From NCBI GenBank assembly GCA_964601305.1, contig CAZRMW010000001.1:34376-98375 (forward strand): a DNA stretch of 64,000 nucleotides, read 5' to 3'. The position numbers were made by a program, and so were the translations under genes. How positions within the stretch are numbered: the first letter of the stretch is position 1; each line of letters starts with the position of its first letter. Shown piece after piece: positions 44,627 to 54,733 of this stretch. This DNA comes from an uncultured Candidatus Saccharibacteria bacterium. Lineage in GTDB: Bacteria > Patescibacteriota > Minisyncoccia > JAHISW01 > Tagabacteraceae. The notes under the pieces were generated by a model. That model had not been told where the DNA came from and did no database searches. It saw nothing but the letters and a program-made list of their open reading frames with translations.

Positions 44627-46099
44627 TTAAATTTTTATGTTTTTTAAAAATATACTAAAATCTATAATATCTATTTTACCATTACCGTCTAAATCTATTT
44701 CTCTTCTAAGCGATTTTTCTTTAGACCCCCATCTAAACAAAAACATACTCCAATCTACAACATTTATAGAATTGTCTTTGTTAAAATCTGCTTTAGGAAA
44801 ACTTAGAGACGACACTCTAAAAGAACGCGGAAAAGAAAAACCACTATCTTTTCCTTCTTTGTTTGTTTGACCAACACGAACTTGAAAATCCCCTGCCCCC
44901 AAATTGCTTGGATTTAAAATAAATTCATAATAACCATTATTATTAGCTTTTGTTTCTTCTTTTATTATATCACCTACCTCTATTTTTACTGCACTTCCTG
45001 CTGTGGAATACCCAAATATTTTTATATTTTTGTCTAGTGTAAAAATACCGTTACCAAAATTTATTGTTGGTGGGAAAAGGATATCTCTAGCTACTAAACT
45101 TTTTTCAGAATTAAAATCTACATTAAATGACATTGACCCAGTTTTTTGTCCCATTTTATCTATAGCCCTAATACTAAAAAAGTATCTGCCTGTAAGAAAA
45201 GCTGTGTAAGATATATTAAACTCTCCGCTACTTGATATATTGTATGTACTAAGTGGTACATTTCTATATACATCGCTAACATCATCTCTAAATAAAACCT
45301 CCACTTCGCTTCTTGGAAAAGCTTTGCCAGAAAAAAGAACTCTTGTGGGAGCCACCCCTCCACCCGTAGGAGTAGATATGCTTGGTTGCCCACCAGATCC
45401 ATTTGTGACTGTAGTAGCCTCACTTGGCACATTAGATAAACTTGAAGTGTTTGGAACTTCGTCGGATACTTTAATAGCAAAGTAATAAGTAGTATTTGCA
45501 CTAAGCCCGGAAACTGTCATACTCTCAGAGCTTCCCGCCACACTTGGTGTGGGCTCTCCTGTGACCTGTGTTGCATTATTAAAATCTGTGTCGTTTGTGA
45601 TGTTTGAGGTTGAATAACGAACATCGTAAGTTGTGGTAGTTCCCGAACCAGCGTCATCGCCTGGTGCTGTCCACGAGAGATTTATGGAAGTTTGGGTAGC
45701 CCCTAAAGCGGTTAAATTATTCACCGCCGACGGTGCTGTAGTATCAGAAGGCGGAGTTGTATATGTAAAACCACCAACTAAAGTTCCCGATTTACCATCT
45801 GATGTACGAGTATAAACAACATCCTGTGCCCCAGCTGTGCCACTAGGAGTTGTCGCTGTCATCTCTGTGCTACTTACAATAATAAGATTTGTTACTGACC
45901 CCCCACCAATAGTCAGCGTTCCTGCTGCAAAACCTGTCCCACCGATAGTTACATCGATCCCTCCCGCCGTTGAACCAGAAGTGGGAGAAATAGAATTAAC
46001 ACTTGGTGCTGGTGCAGCAAAGACACTCCCTGTACTTAAAAAATAGAGGAATAAAAAAACTACTAAAAATTTTAATGAGTGCCCACAAAAATATCTCAT
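44627..46099 (-). CDS. secreted protein with IPT/TIG, fibronectin-III-like and C-terminal dockerin-like domains
   Basis: Signal peptide; GGIDVTIGGTGF (IPT); TSINLSWTAPGDDAGSGTTTTYDVRY (FN3); DFNKDNSINVVDWSMF...DLDGNGKIDIIDFSIF (paired dockerin Ca-binding repeats). Confidence 0.6.
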   Translation of the reverse strand: MRYFCGHSLKFLVVFLFLYFLSTGSVFAAPAPSVNSISPTSGSTAGGIDVTIGGTGFAAGTLTIGGGSVTNLIIVSSTEMTATTPSGTAGAQDVVYTRTSDGKSGTLVGGFTYTTPPSDTTAPSAVNNLTALGATQTSINLSWTAPGDDAGSGTTTTYDVRYSTSNITNDTDFNNATQVTGEPTPSVAGSSESMTVSGLSANTTYYFAIKVSDEVPNTSSLSNVPSEATTVTNGSGGQPSISTPTGGGVAPTRVLFSGKAFPRSEVEVLFRDDVSDVYRNVPLSTYNISSSGEFNISYTAFLTGRYFFSIRAIDKMGQKTGSMSFNVDFNSEKSLVARDILFPPTINFGNGIFTLDKNIKIFGYSTAGSAVKIEVGDIIKEETKANNNGYYEFILNPSNLGAGDFQVRVGQTNKEGKDSGFSFPRSFRVSSLSFPKADFNKDNSINVVDWSMFLFRWGSKEKSLRREIDLDGNGKIDIIDFSIFLKNIKI

Positions 46100-46109
46100 T
46101 TAAACAAAT

Positions 46110-46601
46110 TTATTTTTTCCTTTTTTTCTTTTTTGGTTTAACTTCTTTTTTTGTCTCTTCTTCAGATTCTTTTTCTTCTGCCATTCCCTCTATTTTTTCT
46201 GGCGCTCCACTGTTGCCAGGCCTGCTTTCGTCTCCAAAAAAATCTTTTACTTTATCTACGATTTCAGACACAGCATGTTGAGATTTTACTATGTAGTCGT
46301 GTGCGCCAAGCCTCAACCCCTTTTTAATATCATCGTCACTCCCAAGCATTGTGAGAATCATCACAGGAATTTTTTTGGTATTTGGATCTTTTTTAATATC
46401 TTTAAGTACATCAAACCCGTGTAGCTCTGGCAAAATAAGATCAAGTAAAACTAAATCTGGTTTTTTAGATTGCACCAATTTCAGGCCTTTTTCACCATCA
46501 TAAGCTTGATCCACTCCATAATTAGCTTCTTTTAGCTCTTCTTTTATGACTTTTGACAACACTTTGTCGTCTTCTATTAAAACTATTTTTGTTTTCTCCA
46601 T
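46110..46601 (-). CDS. stand-alone response-regulator receiver domain with Lys-rich tail
   Basis: KIVLIEDD...LLDLILP...(phospho-acceptor D)...KIPVMILT...GAHDYIVK: CheY-like REC motifs. Confidence 0.75.
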   Translation of the reverse strand: MEKTKIVLIEDDKVLSKVIKEELKEANYGVDQAYDGEKGLKLVQSKKPDLVLLDLILPELHGFDVLKDIKKDPNTKKIPVMILTMLGSDDDIKKGLRLGAHDYIVKSQHAVSEIVDKVKDFFGDESRPGNSGAPEKIEGMAEEKESEEETKKEVKPKKKKRKK

Positions 46602-46662
46602 TTTATTTATGTCGTTTAACTAATATTATTATTCTAACAAAAAAAATGCTTATTCTCTAGTT

Positions 46663-48603
46663 TTACGCCAAACCCTTTTCACCCCCTACTTTTTTAGATT
46701 TTAACGGAAGTTCGACAAAAAAAGTAGAACCCTTTCCTTCCTCTGATTCAAACCATATTTTACCTCCCAAAAGATTTACTGCCTGTTTTACAATATAAAG
46801 CCCCAACCCTGTACCGTCTGTTTTTACTGTTATTGCATTATCTCCCCTAATAAATTTTCCAAAAATAGTTGATTGATTTTCTTTAGGAATACCAATACCA
46901 GTATCTGCTACTTTAAAGAGGAACTTTTCCCCTTTCTGTTCCAAATATACTTTCACTTCTCCACCAGCGGGAGTATATTCTATAGCATTTGAAATTATAG
47001 ATTGAGTAATATTTCTTATAGCATTTCTATCTGCGCTTATCTCTAGGCTTTTAGGATGCTTCTCAAAAGTCATTTTTATATTCTTTTTTTCACATATTGG
47101 TGTACACTCTAAAAAATAACTCTCTAAATAACTCACCAAATCAATTTTTTCTGGATTTATAGAAATCCTCCCCTCTTCTATTCTAGAAACATTCAATAGG
47201 TCATTTACAAGCAGGGTGAGTCTGTTTGTTGAAAGACGGATGTCTTCCATATACCCCCTGTCTTTTTTGGGAAGTTTTGATTTTTTAAGCATTCTTTCTG
47301 CCACCCACTGAATACCCGTAAGAGGTGTTCTCAATTGGTGAGAGGCTACAGAAACAAACTCACTTTTCATTTTTTCTATTTCTTTTTCCTTTGTAATATC
47401 TCTTTCAATACCAACAAAAAATACAACTTCATTTTTAGTATTTAAAACAGGTGAAATACTTGCATAAGCAGTATACTCTTGGCCATTTTTTCTTTTGTTT
47501 TTTATTTCTCCTTCAAAAACTTTCTTTTTTTTCTTAACTTCATTCCACATTTTTTCATAAAACTCCTGCCCCATTAGTCCCCCCCAATTTTCCTTTGTGC
47601 CTACTTTTTTTCCTAATATTTCTTTTGAAGAAAACCCAGTAATTTTCTTTACTGCTTTGTTAGCATAGATAACTGACCCATCAATATCAGTTATTACTAT
47701 ATGATCTGAAGCATTATCAACAGCCAATTTAAACTTTATTAAATCATTAGCTAATTTCCCTGATTTTTTTCTTTCCTCGTCTACGTCCTCTAGAACATTT
47801 AAAACTGCTTTCTGTTGACCTTCCAGGTCTTTTTGTTTTTTTCTTATTTCACTTGTTTGCTCTTTGACCCTTTTGTTTATTTCACTTCTGCTTTTTTTTA
47901 TGGCAACCACTGCCTTATCAAAAGATCTAGAAAGATCTCCTATTTCATTTTTCTCTTCTGTATCAACTTTATAATCAAGATTACCTTTTTCTATAACACT
48001 AATCCCCTCTTGAAATTTTCTAATAGGTTTTAAAACAACTCTAATAACAAGCCAAACACCAACCGCTACAATCAAAAGAAAAGAAAAGATAGACAAAACA
48101 AAAACTACAACCAACATTCTCCCTAAATTACCGACTTCGTTGCTTTTATCACTGCTTAAACCAGAGGCACCTAACGCTATTTTTTGTGATAAGAGAAGTA
48201 TTTGGCTGGTTAATCTATTTTCCAATTCAATATTTAAAGTGCCTCCATTTTTATGTAAAGCGAGAATTTTTTCAAAAATAACACCCATGTCTTTGTGCTT
48301 TTTACGCAACGATCTTGTCAATTCAACTTTTTCAAAATCTTCAAAAACTTCTTTTTCTAGAAGAATTAAAATGTTTTTATGTTTAGTTTTCCATTGTTGT
48401 TCAGCCCGCTTTTCCTGATAAAGTAAAAAATCTCCAAGGACAATATCTAAATCAAAAACTTCTTTAAATATTTCATCTGCAACCCTCCCTTTCGCAACTT
48501 CTCTTATTAGTTTGTTTGTCATTAAAAAAAGTATCGCACTAATCACCAAAGTTAAAACAATTGTAATTATGGTGAAAGTTTTTAATATTTTTTTTATTGT
48601 CAT
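46663..48603 (-). CDS. sensor histidine kinase (TM, HAMP, PAS, HisKA, HATPase)
   Basis: H-box FVSVASHQLRTPLTGI; N-box/G-boxes ISNAIEYTP, DTGIGIP, GTGLGLYIVK. Confidence 0.85.
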   Translation of the reverse strand: MTIKKILKTFTIITIVLTLVISAILFLMTNKLIREVAKGRVADEIFKEVFDLDIVLGDFLLYQEKRAEQQWKTKHKNILILLEKEVFEDFEKVELTRSLRKKHKDMGVIFEKILALHKNGGTLNIELENRLTSQILLLSQKIALGASGLSSDKSNEVGNLGRMLVVVFVLSIFSFLLIVAVGVWLVIRVVLKPIRKFQEGISVIEKGNLDYKVDTEEKNEIGDLSRSFDKAVVAIKKSRSEINKRVKEQTSEIRKKQKDLEGQQKAVLNVLEDVDEERKKSGKLANDLIKFKLAVDNASDHIVITDIDGSVIYANKAVKKITGFSSKEILGKKVGTKENWGGLMGQEFYEKMWNEVKKKKKVFEGEIKNKRKNGQEYTAYASISPVLNTKNEVVFFVGIERDITKEKEIEKMKSEFVSVASHQLRTPLTGIQWVAERMLKKSKLPKKDRGYMEDIRLSTNRLTLLVNDLLNVSRIEEGRISINPEKIDLVSYLESYFLECTPICEKKNIKMTFEKHPKSLEISADRNAIRNITQSIISNAIEYTPAGGEVKVYLEQKGEKFLFKVADTGIGIPKENQSTIFGKFIRGDNAITVKTDGTGLGLYIVKQAVNLLGGKIWFESEEGKGSTFFVELPLKSKKVGGEKGLA

Positions 48604-49611
48604 TTATCTTATTATACTAATTGCTTTTGGCTTAACATTTTCTAGAGCTTCAAAATAAATATAATCCAAATAATTTGGAACCTGCACACTTTCGGTTAGG
48701 TTGTTTTTAATAGCCCACCTTGCCTCGTCCTCTAAAGTGAGGATTAAAGACTGTTCAAGAGAAATCTCAAACTCAAAATCATCCCAAAGAGAAGCTATAG
48801 AATCTTCGTCTAGTATTAGTCTTTTTGCAACTATATTTTGTGATTCTTTTTTGTTATTTTTTATAAATTCAGTGGCTTCGTCTATAGCTTTCATAAATTT
48901 TTTGAGAATTTCAGTATTTCTCTTTGCAAAATCTTTCATGACCATAAAATTAAATGTTTCCATATAAACATCAGAGCTTGGTAACCTAATAGCATCACCT
49001 TCAGACAACTTCTGGGTATTATAAGCGTGCGGCTCCCAAATAACGACAGCGTCAACTTCCCCTTTGTTTAAAGATTTCGGTAAATCTGCCGGACTAATAT
49101 CAAGCACTTCTACATCAGAATCCAACATACCCCTTAAGACCAAAAAAGAGGATAGAAAAAATTGCCCCGTAGTACTCGCTGGTGTGCCTATTTTTTTTCC
49201 TTTTAAATCTAATGCGCTACTTATTCCTTTATCTTTTCGCGCAATTACTTTTACATCTTCATAAGAATGAACAAATGTAGAAAATATATAAAAATCTTGC
49301 CTATCAAAACTATTAAACATTATAGGAGTTGGAGCGACAGTTGATATGTCAACTCCACCTTCTAGCATATTAACAAAACTTAAACGCCCTGATTCAAATT
49401 CTTTTATTGCCACATCTAGTCCGTGTTTTAGAAAATATCCCTTATTTTCGGCTATCCACACTGCTGATGGTAAAATACTAGATTCAACACCCAAAACTAT
49501 TTTTTGAGGTGGCTCTATATGTTTTTTGGAAGTACTCAAATAAAAATAATAAAAAATAGCTCCAAATAAAAAACCTAATACAATTATGCTTGCTATTATT
49601 TTTTTAGCCAT
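48604..49611 (-). CDS. periplasmic solute-binding protein, NMT1/SsuA/TauA-like
   Basis: N-terminal anchor; KIVLGVESSILPSAVWIAENKGYF...GGVDISTVAPTP family pattern; adjacent to the HK. Confidence 0.6.
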   Translation of the reverse strand: MAKKIIASIIVLGFLFGAIFYYFYLSTSKKHIEPPQKIVLGVESSILPSAVWIAENKGYFLKHGLDVAIKEFESGRLSFVNMLEGGVDISTVAPTPIMFNSFDRQDFYIFSTFVHSYEDVKVIARKDKGISSALDLKGKKIGTPASTTGQFFLSSFLVLRGMLDSDVEVLDISPADLPKSLNKGEVDAVVIWEPHAYNTQKLSEGDAIRLPSSDVYMETFNFMVMKDFAKRNTEILKKFMKAIDEATEFIKNNKKESQNIVAKRLILDEDSIASLWDDFEFEISLEQSLILTLEDEARWAIKNNLTESVQVPNYLDYIYFEALENVKPKAISIIR

Positions 49612-50449
49612 TTTGTTTTTTTTGTCCGCCTTTAGCAGAAATTTGTTTTTTAAGCTCTATCATTTTAAGCTCCCTGCCTACCATTAATTTATTAACTCGT
49701 TCTAATTGCTCCATTTTTTGTTTTAACTTTGTTTCTGCTAATTTTCTATCTGTAATATCTCTACCTTCTGGTATTAAATAAATAATTTCTCCTTTTTTGT
49801 TTTTTGCTGGATTTATTGAAAAGTCAATATAGTGCAAAACGCCTTTTTTGTCTTTGTGCGTAGCTTCAAAACGAACAAACTCTCCTTTTGCAGATTTTTT
49901 TACACCTTCTTTAACTTCATTTTGTAATTTTTTTGAGTGAGTCCACCATGGAAGCATCCAAAAATATTTACCAATTAGTTCAGACTCTCCCTTTTCCACC
50001 ATTGAAAAAGCTGCCTTGTTGGCAAACAAAAGTTTTCCCTCAAGCGAAAGAATGCCTATTAGCTGAAAACTTTGATCTAAAATAGCCCTTAATTCTTCCT
50101 TGCTTTTCCTCAAAGCTTTTTCTTTGTTTTTTTCTTCTGTTGTGTCCCAAAAAACACCTAATACCCCCTCTGCTTTTCCGTTTTTGCCTAAGACTGGTGT
50201 TTTTATGGTGTGCACCCACGACTTTTTACCATCAACAACATAATCTTCTTCTATATCCTCCGTGTTCTTAGATTTCATAATTCTCTTGTCGTCATCGCAA
50301 TATTTATCAGCCAACTTTTTAGGATAAAGATCATAGTCAGATTTGCCTACCATGTCTTTAGAGTTCAACTTAAAATCTTTGGCGTAATTTTCATTACACC
50401 AAACATAAATACAATTTTTATCTTTTTGAAAAATTTTCTTGACTGACAT
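49604..50449 (-). CDS. PAS-domain signalling protein (two PAS-like modules plus C-terminal coiled coil)
   Basis: PAS-like cores around WVHTIKTPVLGKNGKAEGVLGVFWDTTE and VRFEATHKDKKGVLHYIDFSINPAKNKKGEIIYLIPEGRDITDRK. Confidence 0.55.
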   Translation of the reverse strand: MSVKKIFQKDKNCIYVWCNENYAKDFKLNSKDMVGKSDYDLYPKKLADKYCDDDKRIMKSKNTEDIEEDYVVDGKKSWVHTIKTPVLGKNGKAEGVLGVFWDTTEEKNKEKALRKSKEELRAILDQSFQLIGILSLEGKLLFANKAAFSMVEKGESELIGKYFWMLPWWTHSKKLQNEVKEGVKKSAKGEFVRFEATHKDKKGVLHYIDFSINPAKNKKGEIIYLIPEGRDITDRKLAETKLKQKMEQLERVNKLMVGRELKMIELKKQISAKGGQKKQNG

Positions 50450-50477
50450 AAAAATACACCTTTATTATACCAAAAAA

Positions 50478-51524
50478 TCAGGAAAGAAAATAATTATCAA
50501 CAGCAAATTTAAACTGCTGGACAAACAACTCTTTGAAAAATCTTAAATTATTTTGTTCATAAAACAAAATCATTGCTTTTTTATAATCTCCCTCATCTAC
50601 ACTTCTAAAAGATAAGGGGCAAATATTGTAAGCTAAAAGAATAGCATCTCCCAAAAGCCGACTTGTTCTTTTGTTCCCATCCTCAAATGGTTGTATGTAA
50701 GAAACCATTAGGATCAAAACCAATGCCTTCTCAAACGGATTTTTTGAAGAATTAATCAATTTAATTGTTTTCTCTACAACTTCTTCTATCTGATATTTGT
50801 TGTCTAACGGCCTATATCTTGTTCCAATAATACCAACTGGCAATTCTCTTATTCCTTGCTTAATACCCAAGTCTTCTACAATCAACTTTTGTATATTTTC
50901 AATTTTTCTTAAGTTTATCTTTTTAAAATCTTCCTTGTTTTCTATAATGTAGTCCAATGCTTTCTTGTGATTTAAAATCATAATGGCTTCTTCTTTCTTG
51001 TGCCCCTCAGCTTCTTTGTTTTCTTTAATTAAAATTTCTGTATCAAGCAAAGAGTAAGTGTTTCCTTCAATTTGTGAAGATTTCCAACTCAATTCAATAG
51101 ACAATCTCTCAAACTCTTTTTTCAAAATTGTGTCTGACAATTTTTTTATTCTTCCTCTATAATCATTATTTAGTTTCTCTAATTCTTCGCTTTCTTTTTT
51201 TGAAAACAAATTTTTTAGGTTTTTAAATATATCAAAATTGAAACGCCTAAAAAGAATATCTCTTTCATCTGGTGAAATATCAAAATACTTTTCTGTATCT
51301 ATATATTGCAATAATTCGTTTGTGGCACTATCAAAGTAGCGAACACTCCTTCCACGACCTTCTTTTTTTATTAAATTCTCACCAAGAAGCTCTTCTAAAT
51401 CCCTCACCACGGTAATACGCGAAACGTCATCAAGATACTCCACAATTTGTTTATTGCTTGTGCCATTATTACTCTTGATAAAATCTAGAATTTTTAATTG
51501 TCGCTCTTCTAATTGTTTCATCAT
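50478..51524 (-). CDS. Fic-family protein with N-terminal winged HTH
   Basis: Fic motif HPFEDGNKRTSRLL (HPFx[DE]GNGR); N-terminal HTH LKILDFIKSNNGTSNKQIVEYL. Confidence 0.8.
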   Translation of the reverse strand: MMKQLEERQLKILDFIKSNNGTSNKQIVEYLDDVSRITVVRDLEELLGENLIKKEGRGRSVRYFDSATNELLQYIDTEKYFDISPDERDILFRRFNFDIFKNLKNLFSKKESEELEKLNNDYRGRIKKLSDTILKKEFERLSIELSWKSSQIEGNTYSLLDTEILIKENKEAEGHKKEEAIMILNHKKALDYIIENKEDFKKINLRKIENIQKLIVEDLGIKQGIRELPVGIIGTRYRPLDNKYQIEEVVEKTIKLINSSKNPFEKALVLILMVSYIQPFEDGNKRTSRLLGDAILLAYNICPLSFRSVDEGDYKKAMILFYEQNNLRFFKELFVQQFKFAVDNYFLS

Positions 51525-51653
51525 AATACCCTTAATTGTATCATTTTAAGCCAAAAAATGAAACAATTAGAAGCTATTCACCTAAAACTCGCCTGGTTTT
51601 AGGTGAATAGCCCTAAATATACCTCAAAATACTATCTAAAAAAACTAAGTGTT

Positions 51654-52145
51654 TTACGTTCTTCTTTTTAAAAGCATTAAATTGGTTATTACTAATCCAG
51701 CTACGAACAAAACAACTCCAAGAAGTACGAAAAAGTATAATTTCAATTGCGCGCTTTTGCCTCCTACTACTTGAAAACTTGCAGAAACCTCCTCCATTAA
51801 GTCTTCATAGTCGCTAATTTTTACATTTATAATATGTAGCCCGCCCTTAGCTATTTCTGGAATTACAATGTAGTCCATAAAAGATGCTTGAGTTTCTATG
51901 GCTTTTAAAAATTTTGCTTGAGCAATAATTTCTCCATCTTTGGTTAGAATTTCATAATTTAATCTTAAATCTTTTCTTCGAGGATTTTCCGGATATTTAA
52001 TTTCTAATTCAAAATAAAATCTCTCACCAGCCACAACATCTGTATATTTTTCTGGCACATGCACCTGAATACTTAAAGCATGCGCAGAAGAAGCCACACC
52101 AAACAAAAACGATACCACTAAAATTGTTTTTATTATTCTACCCAT
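51654..52145 (-). CDS. secreted/membrane-anchored hypothetical protein
   Basis: Signal peptide and C-terminal TM. Confidence 0.4.
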   Translation of the reverse strand: MGRIIKTILVVSFLFGVASSAHALSIQVHVPEKYTDVVAGERFYFELEIKYPENPRRKDLRLNYEILTKDGEIIAQAKFLKAIETQASFMDYIVIPEIAKGGLHIINVKISDYEDLMEEVSASFQVVGGKSAQLKLYFFVLLGVVLFVAGLVITNLMLLKRRT

Positions 52146-52632
52146 TACCTTTATTATCTATTTTTTTAGGAGAAGTATCAATCAAGAAACTAACAATAAA
52201 GAAATAATATAAAATAGTCGCTCCAAAAACTGATATTATGTTTAAAAAATCAAAATAATCACCAAAAAATAAATTTAAGCCTGACTCAAACAAAATTATA
52301 CCAATTACAAAAATAGGGATTCCAAAAAACAATTTTTTATTTATAAAACTCCAAACCCTGATAGAATTTACAATAAAAAGAAGGAGTTGCCCTGTATTCA
52401 TTAGCATTAAAATATTCATAATTATTCCACGCTCTATCCCAACAAAAACTCTATAGTTATCGAGTACGACAAAAATGGTAATAGAAACAGTTAAAATCAA
52501 GTACAAAAACAGTCCTTTTTTAAACTTATCTTTTCTTCGGAAATATTCTCCCACCAAAACACCTACCAAAATAACCAAAAGGATATATTGAACAAAATAA
52601 TTCGTCAAAGCTAGAATCTTAATTATCTCCAT
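52138..52632 (-). CDS. polytopic small membrane protein
   Basis: 164 aa, 4-5 TM helices; overlapping-operon arrangement. Confidence 0.4.
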   Translation of the reverse strand: MEIIKILALTNYFVQYILLVILVGVLVGEYFRRKDKFKKGLFLYLILTVSITIFVVLDNYRVFVGIERGIIMNILMLMNTGQLLLFIVNSIRVWSFINKKLFFGIPIFVIGIILFESGLNLFFGDYFDFLNIISVFGATILYYFFIVSFLIDTSPKKIDNKGNG

Positions 52633-52876
52633 AGTGTTTCAAATTTAAAAATATCCAAAGAAATAATATTGCCCACCCAAACTCAACAATAAACCATATT
52701 TTTTGATCAAAAAAATCATAAAAACCAAGCCCAGTATTTAAACAAAGCAAAACCCCTGAAACAAAAAATGGTAATATTAAAACTATTTTTCTTTTTGTTA
52801 ACATTAGATTTGTAGACAACCACAAAAGAAAAACTGCAACAATCAAAGGTGGAGTCAAAAATAATACATTTATCAT
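52619..52876 (-). CDS. small membrane protein
   Basis: 85 aa, 2-3 TM helices. Confidence 0.3.
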   Translation of the reverse strand: MINVLFLTPPLIVAVFLLWLSTNLMLTKRKIVLILPFFVSGVLLCLNTGLGFYDFFDQKIWFIVEFGWAILFLWIFLNLKHYGDN

Positions 52877-52885
52877 AATATCGTT

Positions 52886-54733
52886 TTATTTTAAAGCGTT
52901 TTTAAACCCTAAAAATACAAACACGAGGCCAACAAGGCCAGTAACAACTCCTGGCACCCAATAAACATCTAGAATGGCGCCGTGAACAAAAATATACACC
53001 CCCAAGAAAAACCACACGAGCCTATCTATAATTAAAAATATCGAACCAATTATAACAAAATTTCTAGAAGCCCGTTTTTTCAATTTAAAACCATACCCAA
53101 AAAGAACAAATAAAATTACTGTAGTTAGTAAAATAGAAATATTGTTGTAAAAAATAGTACTAATTTTTGCTTCTCCAAAAGGCATCGACAAAAAGAAATA
53201 GCTTGTTGTAAAAACTAAAGCAAATAGAAAATAATATCTTAGTTTTAAATTAGCAAGAAATTTCTTTGTTTTAGGATATTTTTTAATTTTTGTTTTTCTA
53301 ATTTTTTTATTAAAAAAGACCCCAACAAACATTCCTAAAACAGTAATGACCAAAACACCAATCAAAGAAATAATAATTTTCCCTTTTAAAAATTTCTTTA
53401 ATGGATCGTCTATCGCCTCCTTTTTTTCAATTTCTGTAATTAAGCACCAGCTTGGATCTAAAATAATTTCATGAATACCAACAACCTCGTCCCCCTTGTA
53501 ATTTAAAAATTCACCTGTTGGATCGTGTCCAATACGTTTTTTGCTTTCAGACATACCAAAACATCTTTCTGTATTTTCACTCTCAATTACTTGAATCATA
53601 ATATCAAAATTCTCCAATCTTAACGGACTTATTAACAATAAACTTTTATTAACAAGATAACTTTCTTTAGTTTCACTAAAACTGTCTTTATCTTCGGCTA
53701 CAATTTCAAAAATTTTTTTCATTTGGTTTACTATGGCAACGTAACCCAAAAATTTATCTTTGTTGTAAATAGGAGCCATAATAGAAAATTTTGGGAAAAT
53801 GTATCCATAGCTTCCAATAAAAGGGCCGTAAAAAGAAATCTCCTTACTTTTTTTGACATCAAAATAATTTTTTGAAAGTCCATGACCCAAATTAACTTCC
53901 CACCCTAAATTCTCTCCAAAAGGCCCGTGTTCATCAGTCATATAAGAAACATATCCATCTTTAGAAATTAAAAGAATGTTGTGGTAATCTTTCTTTTTAC
54001 TAAAATTTTCTAAATATTCCGATTTCTCTTTAATTTTTTTATAATCATCAACATAAGCAGTAACAGAAATACCTAATTCAAAATCATCTGCTGTTTTTAC
54101 AGAAAGAGGAATAAACTTGCCATATTTTTTTCTTACTTTTTTCGATAACTCCTTCCATCTATAAAAACCTTGATTGGCTTCTTTCGTTTTTTTTACTTCT
54201 TCTATATATCCTATAAGTTCAGGAAAATATTTTTCAATATTCACCCCAATAATAGAACTATATTTATGAAAATAAATAGCAAAGTCATTAATATCGTATA
54301 TTGCACTATATCCATCTTTACCCACTGGCTGTACAGCAATTTTTTGAAATTCACTACTCTCTTGCAAATCTTCCAAAGACATCTTTGGGTGCATTTTAAG
54401 GTAATTCTCAACTTCTTTTGTGATAATCCTCGATTTTTCTTTAACATCTTTTTCAATTATAGCTTTCTCAAAAGTTAAGTTTTTCTTCAATAATTTTTTT
54501 ACTTCGTCTGATTTCTGTAGTATTTCAAGGTCATTTTTCATTTCAGATAAATAATTTTCAATCTTTTTTGTTTTTTCTTCAGAAATTTCAAGCAACATAT
54601 TGTGTGCTTCCAAAGTCAGCCTATTCTTTTCCTCTTTATATTGAAAAAACAAAAACAAGCCCGCAACACACAGACCTATCGCAAAAAACACTGCAATATT
54701 TTTTATTTTTTTATATATGTTTCTGTCTGTCAT
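52886..54733 (-). CDS. membrane protein with large extracytoplasmic (sensor/Cache-like) domain and C-terminal 5-TM module
   Basis: N-terminal TM, about 430-aa extracellular region, then 5 hydrophobic helices. Confidence 0.45.
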   Translation of the reverse strand: MTDRNIYKKIKNIAVFFAIGLCVAGLFLFFQYKEEKNRLTLEAHNMLLEISEEKTKKIENYLSEMKNDLEILQKSDEVKKLLKKNLTFEKAIIEKDVKEKSRIITKEVENYLKMHPKMSLEDLQESSEFQKIAVQPVGKDGYSAIYDINDFAIYFHKYSSIIGVNIEKYFPELIGYIEEVKKTKEANQGFYRWKELSKKVRKKYGKFIPLSVKTADDFELGISVTAYVDDYKKIKEKSEYLENFSKKKDYHNILLISKDGYVSYMTDEHGPFGENLGWEVNLGHGLSKNYFDVKKSKEISFYGPFIGSYGYIFPKFSIMAPIYNKDKFLGYVAIVNQMKKIFEIVAEDKDSFSETKESYLVNKSLLLISPLRLENFDIMIQVIESENTERCFGMSESKKRIGHDPTGEFLNYKGDEVVGIHEIILDPSWCLITEIEKKEAIDDPLKKFLKGKIIISLIGVLVITVLGMFVGVFFNKKIRKTKIKKYPKTKKFLANLKLRYYFLFALVFTTSYFFLSMPFGEAKISTIFYNNISILLTTVILFVLFGYGFKLKKRASRNFVIIGSIFLIIDRLVWFFLGVYIFVHGAILDVYWVPGVVTGLVGLVFVFLGFKNALK

